Positions 34,901 through 43,530 of a stretch of 58,363 bases of DNA are shown here, piece by piece. Below the pieces are notes generated by a model, which was given only the letters and a program-made list of their open reading frames with translations, was not told the DNA's origin and made no database searches. The stretch covers positions 1 through 58,363 of the forward strand of contig JBJOPV010000001.1 of assembly GCA_046050625.1 (NCBI GenBank), given 5' to 3'. The stretch comes from Pseudomonadota bacterium (GTDB taxonomy: Bacteria; Pseudomonadota; Gammaproteobacteria; Burkholderiales; Burkholderiaceae_C). Position 1 is the first letter of the stretch, and every line of letters starts with the position of its first letter. The position numbers were made by a program, and so were the translations under genes.

Positions 34901-36375
34901 TGCACCGTCGACATGGCCACCACCTGGGCGGTCGACAGCACGGCAACCTGCGCGCTGTTCAGCGCCACCAGGTCGGCGGTCTCCAGCACAGCAATCTGGG
35001 CCGTCTTCAGCGCCGCCACCTGGTGCGTGCCCAGCACGGCGATCTGCGTGCTGCTCATCGCCACCAGGTCGGTGGTCTGCAGCGCGCCGATCTGGGTCGT
35101 CGTCAGCGCGGCCACCTGGGCCAGCGACAGCGAGGGCATCTGCAGCGTGGTCAGCGCGGTGATCTGCAGCGTGGTCAGCGCGGCGGCATTCTCGGCACCC
35201 AGCGCCTGGACCTGTGCCGGCGACAACGCGGCAATGCCGGTCGTGCCCAGCGCCAGCACCTGCGCGCTGGTCAGCGCGGCCACCTGGGTGGTGCCCAGCA
35301 CCGCCAGGTCGTTCGTGCCCAGCGCGGCGACCTGCGCGGCGGTCAGCGCAGGAATCTGCCAGGGCCGCAGCGCGGCGACCTGCGAGGTCGACAGGGCCTG
35401 GATGTCGGCCACCGCCATCGCGGCGATCTGCTCGGAGCTGAGCGCGATGATCTGCGCGGTGTTCAGCGCGGCAAAGTCGGTCGACTCGAGCGCGACGATC
35501 TGCGCCGTGCTCAACGCACCGATCTGCACCGTGCTGAGCGCGGCCACTTGCACGGTGCTCAGCGCAACGATCTGGTTGCTGGTCAGCGCACCCAGGCCAG
35601 TGGTGCCCAGACCGACCAGATCACGCGTCTCGATCGCACCGATCTGGGTGGTGCTCAGCGCGGCCACCTGCGCGGTCGTCAGCGCAGCGAACTGCGCGCT
35701 CGACAGCGCCGCGATGTCGGCGGTCTCCAGCGCACCGATCTGGCGGGTGGTCAGGCCAGCGATCTGGTTCGTGCCCAGAGCGGCCACCTGCGTGCTGGAC
35801 AGTGCAGCCACCTGCGCCGTCGACAGCAAAGCGATCTGCTCGGCCGAGAAGGCCCGCAGCGTGGTGGTGCTCAGCGCGATCAGGTCCTGCGTCTCGATCG
35901 CACCGAGCTGCGCGGCATCGAGCAGCGGAGCCTGTGCGGTGGTCAGCGCACCGACCTGCGTGCTGGCGAAAGCGGCGATGTCGGCTGCGGACAGGCCGGC
36001 GAGCTGCGCGGAGCCAAGCGAGGCGATCTGCACGGTCGTCAGCGCCGAGGTCTGCAGGGTCGACCAGACCGACACATCCTCGGAGGCCAGGCCGCCGATC
36101 TGCGCCACGGTGAGCGATACCACCTGACCGGTGGTCAGCGCGGCGACCTGGGTCGTGCTCAGCGCGGTGATCGCCTCGGCATCGAAGCCGCGCAGCGCGC
36201 TGGTGGTGATGGCCGCCAGCCCCAGACTCTCGATCGAGGCGATCTGCTCGGCCGACAACACCGCCACCTGCGCGGAGCTGATGCCGGCCCAGTCCTCGGT
36301 GGTCAGGGCCGCCAGTTCCTCCGGCGGCAGCTCGGCGACTTCTGCGGGGGAGAGCGTGGTGAAGATCGAAGCCAT
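28957..36375 (-). CDS. Giant (2472 aa) Ser/Thr/Ala-rich octapeptide-repeat surface protein, probable T1SS substrate, with a C-terminal FrpC SPM-like Ca-binding domain
   Basis: From ATG 36375 (MASIFTTLSP), roughly 2200 aa of L[ST]xxQ[IV]AA / LETxD[IL]AA units. No Sec signal. C-terminal SPIVLDLNGDG..TGWVS..DGLLVRDLNGNG..ELFG..LDSNGDG..LRVWVD. Lies upstream of the T1SS genes on the same strand. Confidence 0.88.
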   Translation of the reverse strand: MASIFTTLSPAEVAELPPEELAALTTEDWAGISSAQVAVLSAEQIASIESLGLAAITTSALRGFDAEAITALSTTQVAALTTGQVVSLTVAQIGGLASEDVSVWSTLQTSALTTVQIASLGSAQLAGLSAADIAAFASTQVGALTTAQAPLLDAAQLGAIETQDLIALSTTTLRAFSAEQIALLSTAQVAALSSTQVAALGTNQIAGLTTRQIGALETADIAALSSAQFAALTTAQVAALSTTQIGAIETRDLVGLGTTGLGALTSNQIVALSTVQVAALSTVQIGALSTAQIVALESTDFAALNTAQIIALSSEQIAAMAVADIQALSTSQVAALRPWQIPALTAAQVAALGTNDLAVLGTTQVAALTSAQVLALGTTGIAALSPAQVQALGAENAAALTTLQITALTTLQMPSLSLAQVAALTTTQIGALQTTDLVAMSSTQIAVLGTHQVAALKTAQIAVLETADLVALNSAQVAVLSTAQVVAMSTVQIAAIESRDIGALSTAAVRALSTGQIAALTSIQVAAMATEQIAALTSTQVAAIDTADLRAMSTAQIEALSSTQVGALRSIQVAALTTRQLGALDTSDIVALGSTQIQALSTVQVAALSVAQIGAIETRDLAALGTAGVRALTTAQVAALTTAQTLALGTLQIQALSTVQVAALESTDLIAMNTAQVSAFSSAQVVALGSRLISALETADIAAFSSLQIGALTTAQVAALGNAQVLAIESRDVAALSTAQLRVLSTAQMQAFSSAQVAALNTVQLTALTTGQIQALESADIIALSSNQIAALTTAQVAALTTVQVSALQTVDIAALGSAQINAMSTAQFAALNTAQVLAIESRDLAALGTGALRSLSTQQIVALNTAQTAALSSAQVAALTTAQIAALETTDLAAFSSLQVAALTTAQIAALNSRQVAAIETADIAALSSAQLNALGTVQLAALTSSQMGALETRDLAALNTASLHALTTAQILALNTAQVAALTTGQIAALGSSQLRTLETTDIVALGTGQIAALTTAQAAALTTRQIAALETADIAALSSTQLAALGTAQLVTLSSAQIASIETRDLVALSTDALRSLLTTQIAALGTAQAAALTSTQVAALTTRQIAAIETADLVAMSSAQIAAMSTAQLVALTTVQVGALQTVDLAGLSSTQLGALTTAQLGALSSVQLMALETRDLGALSSTQLRSLSTSQIVALGSAQIAALDTAQIAALTTRQIAALESADVIGLSSTQVAALTTSQVAALTTAQVAVLQTVDIAAMSSAQLAALNSTQIGMLTTSQVAAIESRDLAALSTGFVRTLTTAQIVALSSVQVAALASAQVAGLSTDQIAALETSDLVALSTLQTAALTSAQVAALTTRQIGSLQAEDISALGTHQIGALGTHQLAALSTSQIQALETRDMVALSSRVIGALSTAQVVALTSAQVAALNSVQVAAMTSLQVAALETVDLVALGTTQIAALTSTQVAALTTRQIGALETADIAAMTSVQFGAMSTLQLAALNTLQLQALETRDLAALSTSAVRAFTTLQIGALTTLQAGALTTSQLNALSTAQMAALNTADIAALSSNQIAALSTVQISALTTRQIAAMETRDIAALTSEQVAVLRTTQVAALTGAQVAALETRDIAALSTAAVRAFSTSQIVALGTAQIGQLTSTQVAALSTSQIRALESTDIAALGNAGLLPALSSSQVAALETHDLSALNTNALRTLTTAQIVALSSAHLAVLSTGQVAALTTAQVAALETADLVAFSTQQVSALTTAQMAVLHTRQVAALQTDDIVALSSAQVAALDTAQIAALTSTQIAALEVRDIVALGTDGAAALSTQQVLALSTAQVAALSSAQLAAFGTRQIATLETADIVALNTVQIAALSAEQIAALTSRQFAAFETSDIAALSSSQVAALSGPQIAALNTLQFAALETRDLVALSTTAVRALTTAQIIGLTVFQAAALTTDQIHALTTTQVAALETGDLVALGTHQVAALTTLQVAALRTSQLVAMESRDIAAFDSNQIAALGSAQVAALSTAQIAAIETADIAGLGSAALRALSTAQIVAMSSAQFGALTTVQIGALTTVQIGALETSDLAAFGADQIGALGTAQIIALSTRQIAALGTDDIAALTGTQVAALTTTQLTAFSTRQIVALETGDLVAMSSTQIASLSSSQFAALTTDQLQALQTVDIVAMTTLQAAALTTAQIVALTTEQVVVLETRDIAAMSMTQAAAFEQTDIDAMSEAQRSALTALSPIVLDLNGDGVRTLSASAGVRFDLLASGHAHATGWVSASDGLLVRDLNGNGHIDDGRELFGVATRIDGGHLAGNGYVAMQALDSNGDGRLDAKDAAFGELRVWVDADADGLSSAAELHGLADLGIVSLDLNAQAGSATDQGNLLGLVSGYTRSDGSVHAMADVWFARGEAVPVPALGELLVEAPAALAGVTETEAAAPQASAAVVASVIAPSATPALDELLRQQPLL
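29660..36360 (-). repeat. Degenerate 24-bp coding tandem repeat with a 336-bp higher-order period
   Basis: E[TS]RD units recur at exactly 336-nt spacing: 31493, 31829, 32165, 32501, 32837, 33173, 33509, 33845, 34181, 34517. Confidence 0.9.
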
Positions 36376-36860
36376 GGGGTCGGGTCCGGTGATGTACTGA
36401 TCAGTCGACGGCCACCGCGGCAAGCGCACGACAGCCTTCTCTGCGCCCGATATCGACGCCCCCTGCCCGAACTGGAGCAGGATCACCCGAAAAGATGAAA
36501 TTCCCGCAGCGCCGCGGCAGAACGCCACACCCGAACGCGAAACAATGCAATTGCGCAGTTCAGGCAGAACGACACCTGCGGCTCCAGACCCCTGCCCGCC
36601 GGGCGTGCGCCCCCTGCCTGCCGACAATCCCCCGCCTTGCGCGCACTGGCTCACGCCCTGAACCTCTACCTGCACAGGCCTGCGTGCAGACTTAACGTGG
36701 CCTCACGGAATGAAAACTGCCCCTGCAATCCGGGGAAGCCGCCCGGACAGGTGCCGGATAAACTGCCGCCGGTTTGTTCCGTTTATCACCTCTTTCATTG
36801 CGAGTGCATCCGGCCATGAACCCCACCGGACCCTGCCCTCGCGCCAGGAGTATGCAAGTC

Positions 36861-37850
36861 ATGACATCGGCCCTGTCCACCCGCCCCATCCGTCTGAGCC
36901 GTCTTGTCCTCGTCCCGACCGCCCTTGCCTGCGCTGCGCTGCTGGCCGCGTGCGGTGGGGGTGACGGTGACAAGAAGCCGGCCACCCAGGTGGCTGCCAA
37001 GGTGAACTCCGGCGAGATCTCGGTCCATCAGGTCAACCAGGTGCTGCAGCGCCAGCCCGGTCTCAAGCCCGAGCAGGTCCCGGCGGTGAGCCGCCGGGTG
37101 CTCGACGGTCTGGTCGACCAGGAGCTGGCCATCCAGCAGGCCGCCGAGCAGAAGCTCGACCGCGATCCGCGGGTCGTCTCCGCCATCGAGGCCGCCAAGC
37201 GCGACATCATCGCCCGTGCCTACGCCGACAAGGTCGCCGAGAGTGCCGCCGCGCCCACCGCCGAGGAGATCAAGGCTTACTACGACAGCAAACCCGAGCT
37301 GTTCTCCAAGCGTCGCATCTATGCGCTGCAGGAGTTCAACATCGAGGCCAATACCGAGCAGAAGGCCGCGCTGCAATCGAAGATCCCGGGCCTGCGCCAT
37401 GGCGAGGATCTCGCCTCGACGCTGAAGGCAGCGGGCATCCGCTTCGGTGCCCGCGCAGTGACCCAGGCCCCCGAGAACATCCCGATGGGTGCGCTGGCCG
37501 AGCTGGCCAAGATCAACGAAGGCCAATGGCTGGTCAAGGCCGGCCCAGCCGGCCTGAGCGCAGTCTTCATCGCCGGTGCCAAGCCGGCCCCGGTGACCGA
37601 AGAGGCCGCGAAGAAACCCATCGAGCAGTTCCTGCTGACCGACCGCAAGCGCAAGCTGGTCAGCGACAGCATCAAGAAGCTGCGTGAATCTGCCAAGATC
37701 GAATATGTCGGCACCTTCGCCAATCCAGCGCCGGTGCCGGCGGAGGCCGCCAGCGCCGCGGCGGAAGTCACCCCGACCGTGGCTCCGACCGCGCCGGCCT
37801 CGGATGCGCTCGATGCCGCCACGCTCCAGAAGGGCCTCGGGCTGAAGTAA
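36861..37850 (+). CDS. epsD: EpsD-family peptidyl-prolyl isomerase-like lipoprotein
   Basis: Lipobox LLAA-C, KPATQVAAKVNSGEISVHQVN, LVDQELA, LDRDPRV, PELFSKRRIY, AKIEY. Start uncertain (36852 or 36861). Confidence 0.88.
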   Translation: MTSALSTRPIRLSRLVLVPTALACAALLAACGGGDGDKKPATQVAAKVNSGEISVHQVNQVLQRQPGLKPEQVPAVSRRVLDGLVDQELAIQQAAEQKLDRDPRVVSAIEAAKRDIIARAYADKVAESAAAPTAEEIKAYYDSKPELFSKRRIYALQEFNIEANTEQKAALQSKIPGLRHGEDLASTLKAAGIRFGARAVTQAPENIPMGALAELAKINEGQWLVKAGPAGLSAVFIAGAKPAPVTEEAAKKPIEQFLLTDRKRKLVSDSIKKLRESAKIEYVGTFANPAPVPAEAASAAAEVTPTVAPTAPASDALDAATLQKGLGLK

Positions 37851-37869
37851 CCCCTTCGATGCACGCCAC

Positions 37870-38715
37870 ATGCCGATGACACACCGACTCCCGACCGATC
37901 TCCTGGCGCAGCTGCTGCAGCGGCTGTTCCTGTCCGTGCTGCTGCTGCTGGCGCCTGTCCTGGCCCATGCGCAGCTCTCCGACGCCCAGCGCGACTATGT
38001 GCTGGGCCCCGGCGACGTGGTACGAGTGAGCGTCTACCAGAACCAGGACCTGACCCTGGAAACCCGCGTCACCGAGAGCGGTGCGATCAGCTATCCGCTG
38101 CTCGGTCAGGTCCGTCTGGGCGGCCTGTCGGTGCCACAGGCCGAGAAACTCATCGCCGACGGACTGAAGAACGGCAACTTCGTCCGCCAGCCGCAGGTCA
38201 GCATCCTGGTGACACAGGTGCGAGGCAACCAGGCCTCGGTGCTGGGCATGGTCACCCGTCCGGGGCGCTACCCGATCGAGCAGACCGGCATGCGCCTGAG
38301 CGAGCTGCTGGCCACTGCCGGCGGCATCGCCCAGGGCGGCAGCGACCAGGTCGTGCTGAGCGGCATGCGCGACCGCAAGCCGCTGCGCGTCACCATCGAC
38401 GTGCCGATGCTGTTCGCGGAATCTGGCGGTGTCAACGACCCGGTCATCGCCAACGGCGACACGGTGTATGTCGAGCGCATGCCGATGGTCTACATCTACG
38501 GCGAAGTGCAGCGCCCCGGTGCGATGCGCCTGGAGCGCGACATGACCGTGCTGCAGGGCCTGGCCTCCGGCGGCGGCCTGACCCAGCGCGGTACCGAGAA
38601 GGGACTGCGTCTGCACCGCCGCGGCGCAGATGGCAAGATCCAGATCCTGCAGCCGGGCATGAACGACTTGCTGCAGAACGGCGACGTGATCTATCTGCGC
38701 GAGAGCCTGTTCTGA
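37870..38715 (+). CDS. epsE: Polysaccharide export protein EpsE (Wza/OPX family)
   Basis: YVLGPGDVVRVSVYQNQDL, GAISYPLLG, SLBB repeats (GMVTRPGRY, YGEVQRPG), GDVIYLRESLF. Confidence 0.92.
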   Translation: MPMTHRLPTDLLAQLLQRLFLSVLLLLAPVLAHAQLSDAQRDYVLGPGDVVRVSVYQNQDLTLETRVTESGAISYPLLGQVRLGGLSVPQAEKLIADGLKNGNFVRQPQVSILVTQVRGNQASVLGMVTRPGRYPIEQTGMRLSELLATAGGIAQGGSDQVVLSGMRDRKPLRVTIDVPMLFAESGGVNDPVIANGDTVYVERMPMVYIYGEVQRPGAMRLERDMTVLQGLASGGGLTQRGTEKGLRLHRRGADGKIQILQPGMNDLLQNGDVIYLRESLF

Positions 38716-38757
38716 GCTGACGACGGAATCGATCCGCGCCCCTGGCGCGGCGATCAG

Positions 38758-38786
38758 GGGGCGGCGACGTCATGTCGCCGCCCCTT
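38758..38786. terminator. Hairpin between convergent epsE and GT4 genes
   Basis: GGGGCGGCGAC-GTCAT-GTCGCCGCCCC forms an 11-bp perfect stem followed by TT. Confidence 0.6.
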
Positions 38787-38793
38787 GCGCATT

Positions 38794-39966
38794 TCAGACA
38801 GGCCGCCGCACATGCCGGCCATGCCGCTCGAGGCAGTCAAGCACGCCACGGGCAAAGTTCGACACCATGTTGTCGAGCGTGTAGCGACCCGCCGCCTCCA
38901 GACAGGCCAAGCGCATCGCCCGCAGGCGCGCCTCGTCACGCATCAGCGCAGTCACCGCATCGGCATAGACCGAGGGGTGATCCTCATCGATCACCACGCC
39001 GGTCGTGCCGCCCTGCAGATAGGCGATCTCCGGACTGTGAAGCGCACGTGCGGTGGTGATCATCGGCAGCCCGGCCGAGAAGGCATCGAGCACATGCAGC
39101 CCGACCAGCCCCGGATTGAGCTGCACGCAGGCCAGGCGGAACAGCGCCGCCTTGTCGGCCCCCTTGCGCACGCCCAGCACATGCAGCCACGGCCGCGACG
39201 CGGCGGCCGCACGCACCTCGGCCGCACCGGGGCCGTCGCCAATCATCAGCAGGTGGAAGTCCGGCAGCGCCGCGCGGATGCGGTCGGCTGCGGCCAGCAG
39301 CAGGTCAAGCTTCTTTTCCGGATACATCGAGCCACAGAAGACCGCGATGCGCCGGCTGTCGCCCAGGCCGAGCTCGGTGCGCCAGCGCGCCAGATCGACC
39401 TCGGGCACCGCCTCGATCTGGCGCCGGAAGGCCGAGACGTCGATGGCGTTGTTCAGGTTGGAGATGCGGTCGGCCGCAAAGCCGCTGGCGCGCAGATGGT
39501 CGACCGTCATCGAGGTGTAGGCGAACCACCAGTCGACCTGGCGCAGCATCAGCGACTTCCAGCGCTCGCGCCAGCCGCTGGGCGCGGTCGTCTGGAAATT
39601 GCGCCCATGGCCCCAGAAGGCCAGCGGCGGCGCGCCGGCACCGGCCAGCCTTCGACGCAGGATCAGCGGGTAGTTCGACAGCACCCGATTTTCCTGGATC
39701 ATCACGCACAGGTCGGCATCGCGGGCGGACCGCGGCAGCGGCTGCCAGATCAGGTCCTTGCCGGCCACGCCCAGGAAGCGATTGCGCACCCGGGTGGCCC
39801 AGGGCAGATGGCCCTCGTCCTTGCGCACCGCCTCGGCAGCCGAGGCCTGGCCGTGGACCAGCATCAGCTCGACGCCGTGACGGGCCAGCTCGTCATGCAG
39901 GCGCTGGAAGAAATCGACCCGGTAGTGCAGCAGCCGGTGCTGGAGAATGGCGACCTTGGTGTTCAT
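38794..39966 (-). CDS. Glycosyltransferase family 4
   Basis: [49 protein letters not shown] (GT-B fold). Confidence 0.88.
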   Translation of the reverse strand: MNTKVAILQHRLLHYRVDFFQRLHDELARHGVELMLVHGQASAAEAVRKDEGHLPWATRVRNRFLGVAGKDLIWQPLPRSARDADLCVMIQENRVLSNYPLILRRRLAGAGAPPLAFWGHGRNFQTTAPSGWRERWKSLMLRQVDWWFAYTSMTVDHLRASGFAADRISNLNNAIDVSAFRRQIEAVPEVDLARWRTELGLGDSRRIAVFCGSMYPEKKLDLLLAAADRIRAALPDFHLLMIGDGPGAAEVRAAAASRPWLHVLGVRKGADKAALFRLACVQLNPGLVGLHVLDAFSAGLPMITTARALHSPEIAYLQGGTTGVVIDEDHPSVYADAVTALMRDEARLRAMRLACLEAAGRYTLDNMVSNFARGVLDCLERHGRHVRRPV

Positions 39967-40595
39967 CGGTGCGGAGGGACAGGCTCGGCATCATCCCGGC
40001 CCGGACAGATCGTGAAGTGGTCGAAGCCCCGCTCGGACGTGCGGAACTCGCCCCGGGCGACCCCACGTTCATGGCGGCCGATGTCGGCTGGATCGCGGAA
40101 GCGCGCACCCACGACCCGCGCCGGATTGCCAGCGGCGATGCTGTAGGGCGGCACGTCGCGGGTCACCACCGCGCCGGCAGCGATCACGCTGCCCCGGCCG
40201 ATGGTCACGCCGGTCAGCACGACGGCACCGTAGCCGATCCAGCAGTCCGGTCCGATGACCGCGCGTTCGCCGAGAAAGGACGAAGGCCTGCGCCGCGAGG
40301 TGATGCATGGCGTGAAGCGCATCGGCGTGCCGACGGCAGAGAAGTCATGGTCGTGGCGGCCGACGATGCCGACGCGATTGGCGATCAGGCAGTGGTCGCC
40401 GATCTCGCAGTTGGCCTCGATGCAGACCTCCTTGCCAATGTAGACGCTGCGTCCGATGACGATCGAGACCGGCGCCCAGAGCCGCACGCCCTTGCCCACA
40501 TGCAGATCCGGCCCGTGCTGCAGATAACCCGACTTGCCAGCCACCCGCCAGGCGGTGGCGAGGCGACGCAGTCCCGCGATGAGCAGAGATCTCAT
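39963..40595 (-). CDS. Hexapeptide-repeat O-acyltransferase
   Basis: [63 protein letters not shown]. Confidence 0.9.
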   Translation of the reverse strand: MRSLLIAGLRRLATAWRVAGKSGYLQHGPDLHVGKGVRLWAPVSIVIGRSVYIGKEVCIEANCEIGDHCLIANRVGIVGRHDHDFSAVGTPMRFTPCITSRRRPSSFLGERAVIGPDCWIGYGAVVLTGVTIGRGSVIAAGAVVTRDVPPYSIAAGNPARVVGARFRDPADIGRHERGVARGEFRTSERGFDHFTICPGRDDAEPVPPHR

Positions 40596-41887
40596 CGTGC
40601 CACCACGTTCGGTCGACGCACGCACAGCATCGGCGTGGACACGATCGTGCGCTTCGACAGGTCCGTCATGGCCACCGCAGATCCGCCAGGCAGCTGGCAG
40701 TGCTGCCAGCGTGCCCTCATCGCCACCGGCAGCCGGGAAAGCGGCTCCGAGGGGCCCGTCGTCCACAGCAGGTCAGCCACGGTGGTGCGGCTGCGCGCGT
40801 CAGTCAGCTCGCAGGTCCAGACATCGGGGGGCAGCGGCCGGCAGGACGACACCTCGCGCTCGCGCAGCCAAGACTGGATCTGCCCGAAGGCCGCCAGCGC
40901 CGGCTTGGGCTCCCGGCTGGTGATCTGCAGCATGCCCAAGCCGTAGCGGTTGTCCAGCGAATACCAGTAGAACCGCCCGAGCTGCTCGGCGCGGCCGAGC
41001 ACGAGCGCGCGCATCAGCCAGGCGGCGCCGGTCGGACCGTCCAGTCGAACCCAGCCGGTGCGCACCATCTCGGGAACCGGCGTACCGTCGGTGTCCTCGA
41101 GCCACCAGCCCGACTCGGTGTTCCAGAGCGGCAGATGGCCCACGCCGTTCTGCCGCATGACGGCACGGACCTGGCGGATCATCGGCACGATCGCCTCCGG
41201 CGGCTGCTGAAAGACGTAGAGATGGTGGGCGACGACATCGATGCACTGGCGCCCGCCGGCCGCCAGGAACTGATCCAGATAATCGACATGCCGACCGCCG
41301 CTGGCGCTGGCCGGTGACACGACCCGCGCCTTCGGGTCGATCGCGCGGATGATGCGGTGGGCCTCGCAGGTCAGTTCGACCATCTGCGCGAGCGTGCCGC
41401 TGTAGTGCACCTTGTCGCTGGGCTCGTTCCAGATGTCATAGGCCTCGATGCGGCCTTGGTAGCGCCGGACCACCGCCTCGACATAGTGGCGCCAGTCCTC
41501 GATGCGGGCAGGCGGTGCCACCCGGCCTGGCCCATAGGGCGAGGGCTCATCAGGCCGAGAAGAGGCCCAGCGCGGCGAGTGGGCCAGCGGCAGCAGCACC
41601 GGCACCCCCTTCTGCCGGGCCGTCTGCACATAAAGATCCAGGCGAGAGAAATCGAACTGGTCACGGCGGGGCTGGAGATCGGCCCAGGTGACCTGGGCAT
41701 CCCAGGCGCGCAGGCTGCCCGGCCCGGGCTCAGGCCAGTTCGTGCCCTTGCCCAGATGATGGATGTGCAGACCGAAATATTCCGGCGGCACCGCCCGTGC
41801 AGGCAGCGCCGCCAGCATGACCGCCCCCAGGACCGCCAGACCTGCGGCGCGCAGCCCTCCCCGCCGCCTCGGTGGTGACGTGCTCAT
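40592..41887 (-). CDS. Exported clan-A glycoside hydrolase (GH39/GH5-like)
   Basis: Signal peptide, WADLQP, IWNEP acid/base, HHLY, LWNTESG nucleophile. Confidence 0.8.
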   Translation of the reverse strand: MSTSPPRRRGGLRAAGLAVLGAVMLAALPARAVPPEYFGLHIHHLGKGTNWPEPGPGSLRAWDAQVTWADLQPRRDQFDFSRLDLYVQTARQKGVPVLLPLAHSPRWASSRPDEPSPYGPGRVAPPARIEDWRHYVEAVVRRYQGRIEAYDIWNEPSDKVHYSGTLAQMVELTCEAHRIIRAIDPKARVVSPASASGGRHVDYLDQFLAAGGRQCIDVVAHHLYVFQQPPEAIVPMIRQVRAVMRQNGVGHLPLWNTESGWWLEDTDGTPVPEMVRTGWVRLDGPTGAAWLMRALVLGRAEQLGRFYWYSLDNRYGLGMLQITSREPKPALAAFGQIQSWLREREVSSCRPLPPDVWTCELTDARSRTTVADLLWTTGPSEPLSRLPVAMRARWQHCQLPGGSAVAMTDLSKRTIVSTPMLCVRRPNVVAR

Positions 41888-42789
41888 CGGCGAGCCCCAC
41901 CCAGCTCACTCGCGACATTGGCCGCATGCGGCCAGCGCCGCAGCCCCTCGAGGCGCCCGCGCACGCAGCTCAGACCCGCACGCAGGGCACCCATCCGCCC
42001 GCACAGCAAGGGCAGCAGCCAGGGAGCGACCAGACCACGACCGATGACCCAGCCCGAGAGCCGGTGCTTGGCATAGAGCGCACCGGTGCCACGTTCACGC
42101 ACCCTCAAGCGCTCGCGATCCCCCGCATCAAGGCGCGGCCGCTCGACGACCGGCGGCAGGTGATGGTGAACCCGGATCTGCGGCGCGTAGAACATCGCCT
42201 CGTCGCGGCCAGCCAGCCGCATCACCAGATCGGTCTCTTCGGCCGAGCCGAACCACTGGCCAACGCCGAGACGCTCATCGAAGCCGCCGAGCGCACGCAG
42301 CCGCCCGGTCTCGCAGAAGATCGTGATCGAGCTGGCCCGGCGGCCGCGAAAGGACAGCACCTCCTGAGGGCGCAGCGGCTGCGCAGGCGCACCGAGGTCA
42401 CCGCCACGCTCGGCCTGCTCGACCCAGCAGCCGACCATCAGCGCCGGCGCCGGCTGCACACGATCCCATTGCGCGACCAGCGCCCGGATCGTGTCGGGCT
42501 CGTACCAGCAGTCGTCATCCGGAAAGCCGACGATGCCAGCGCGAGCCAGGCCGATGCCGTGATTGCGTGCACCCGACAGGCTGCGTCGGGCGAAGCGCTC
42601 GTGACGGATCATCAGACCAGCACGCGCCGACTCCGCCATGATCGGCACCAGCCGGTCGTCATCGTTCTGGTCGATCACCAGGACCTCGAAATCGCGGCAG
42701 GACTGGGCCGCCAAGGCCTGCAGACCGCGGGCCAGCTCGGTCGTGCGACCGACCGTGGCCAGGACGAGGGAGATGCGCGGCGGACTCAT
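41884..42789 (-). CDS. Glycosyltransferase family 2
   Basis: ISLVLAT, EVLVIDQN, SGARNHG, FPDDDC, GGFDERLGVG, AEETDL. Confidence 0.9.
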   Translation of the reverse strand: MSPPRISLVLATVGRTTELARGLQALAAQSCRDFEVLVIDQNDDDRLVPIMAESARAGLMIRHERFARRSLSGARNHGIGLARAGIVGFPDDDCWYEPDTIRALVAQWDRVQPAPALMVGCWVEQAERGGDLGAPAQPLRPQEVLSFRGRRASSITIFCETGRLRALGGFDERLGVGQWFGSAEETDLVMRLAGRDEAMFYAPQIRVHHHLPPVVERPRLDAGDRERLRVRERGTGALYAKHRLSGWVIGRGLVAPWLLPLLCGRMGALRAGLSCVRGRLEGLRRWPHAANVASELGGARR

Positions 42790-42792
42790 CGC

Positions 42793-43530
42793 TCAGGCCG
42801 ATCGCATCCGGGCGCGACGCACCATGAAGCGCGCGCGGTGCTCCAGCCGATCGAGCAGGCCCGGACCGACATGGCGCATGCGCACCTCGTGGTCCTCCAG
42901 GAAGGCCGCGAGCCGGTTGCTCGAGGACAGGCTGCCGGGGTGCTGACGGAATGCGGCCAGTGCCTCGGGCAGGCAGATCGGATCGCCCCGCGCGCACAGC
43001 CGCAGCCAGAGGTCGTAGTCCATCGCGTACCGGAGCCCGACATCGAAGCCGCCGGCCGCCTCCATCCAATCACGACGCACGAAAGTGGCCGGATGCGGAA
43101 TGAAGTTGCGCCGCAGCAGGGCTGCACGCGAATACAGGGGCGGCGTGAAAGACTCGGGCACTTGCCGACCCTCGATCACGTTGACGATGCGCCCGAAAGC
43201 CCAGCCCGCTCCACTGCCATCGAATGCGGCAACCACATCGGCCACGACCCTGTCATGCAGATAGAAATCGTCCGAATGAAGATGCGCGACCACATCACCC
43301 GTCGCAGCATGCAGACCTGCGTTCATCGCCCTGGAAATGCCACCGCGCACCCCATGGAGTACCTTGAACGGCCGCTCCATGGTGTCGATCAGTTCCAGCG
43401 TCCCATCATCGGATCCGCCATCGACAAAGATGCATTCGATGTCGGCATGGGTCTGTCTGCGCACGGAATCCAGGGCGGCCGGCAGGAACTGGCGGCTGTT
43501 CCAGGTGCAGGTGACGATGCTGACTTTCAT
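42793..43530 (-). CDS. Glycosyltransferase family 2 (WcaE-like)
   Basis: MKVSIVT, VDGGSDDGT, AMNAG, LHSDD, HPATF, AMDYDLWLR. Confidence 0.9.
   Translation of the reverse strand: MKVSIVTCTWNSRQFLPAALDSVRRQTHADIECIFVDGGSDDGTLELIDTMERPFKVLHGVRGGISRAMNAGLHAATGDVVAHLHSDDFYLHDRVVADVVAAFDGSGAGWAFGRIVNVIEGRQVPESFTPPLYSRAALLRRNFIPHPATFVRRDWMEAAGGFDVGLRYAMDYDLWLRLCARGDPICLPEALAAFRQHPGSLSSSNRLAAFLEDHEVRMRHVGPGLLDRLEHRARFMVRRARMRSA

Noticed and set aside
29660-36360. Octapeptide repeats as an ice-nucleation protein or a CRISPR array
   Set aside because: The AGYGSTxT consensus of Ina proteins is absent. The repeats are degenerate, in-frame and have no unique spacers, and there are no cas genes.
20509-36375. 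Mobile island at tRNA-Ser carrying the T1SS locus
   Set aside because: No integrase, transposase or att duplication seen, and composition resembles the backbone.
28957-36375. Giant repeat protein as the substrate of the lysyl oxidase
   Set aside because: It contains almost no Lys (I count two from the proposed start), so it is a poor LOX substrate. The genes are also about 26 kb apart.
28819-36498. 2559-aa ORF antisense to the giant repeat gene
   Set aside because: Shadow of biased codon use in the repeat. Its Arg/Gly/Gln-rich translation mirrors the 24-bp period and has no independent domain signal.
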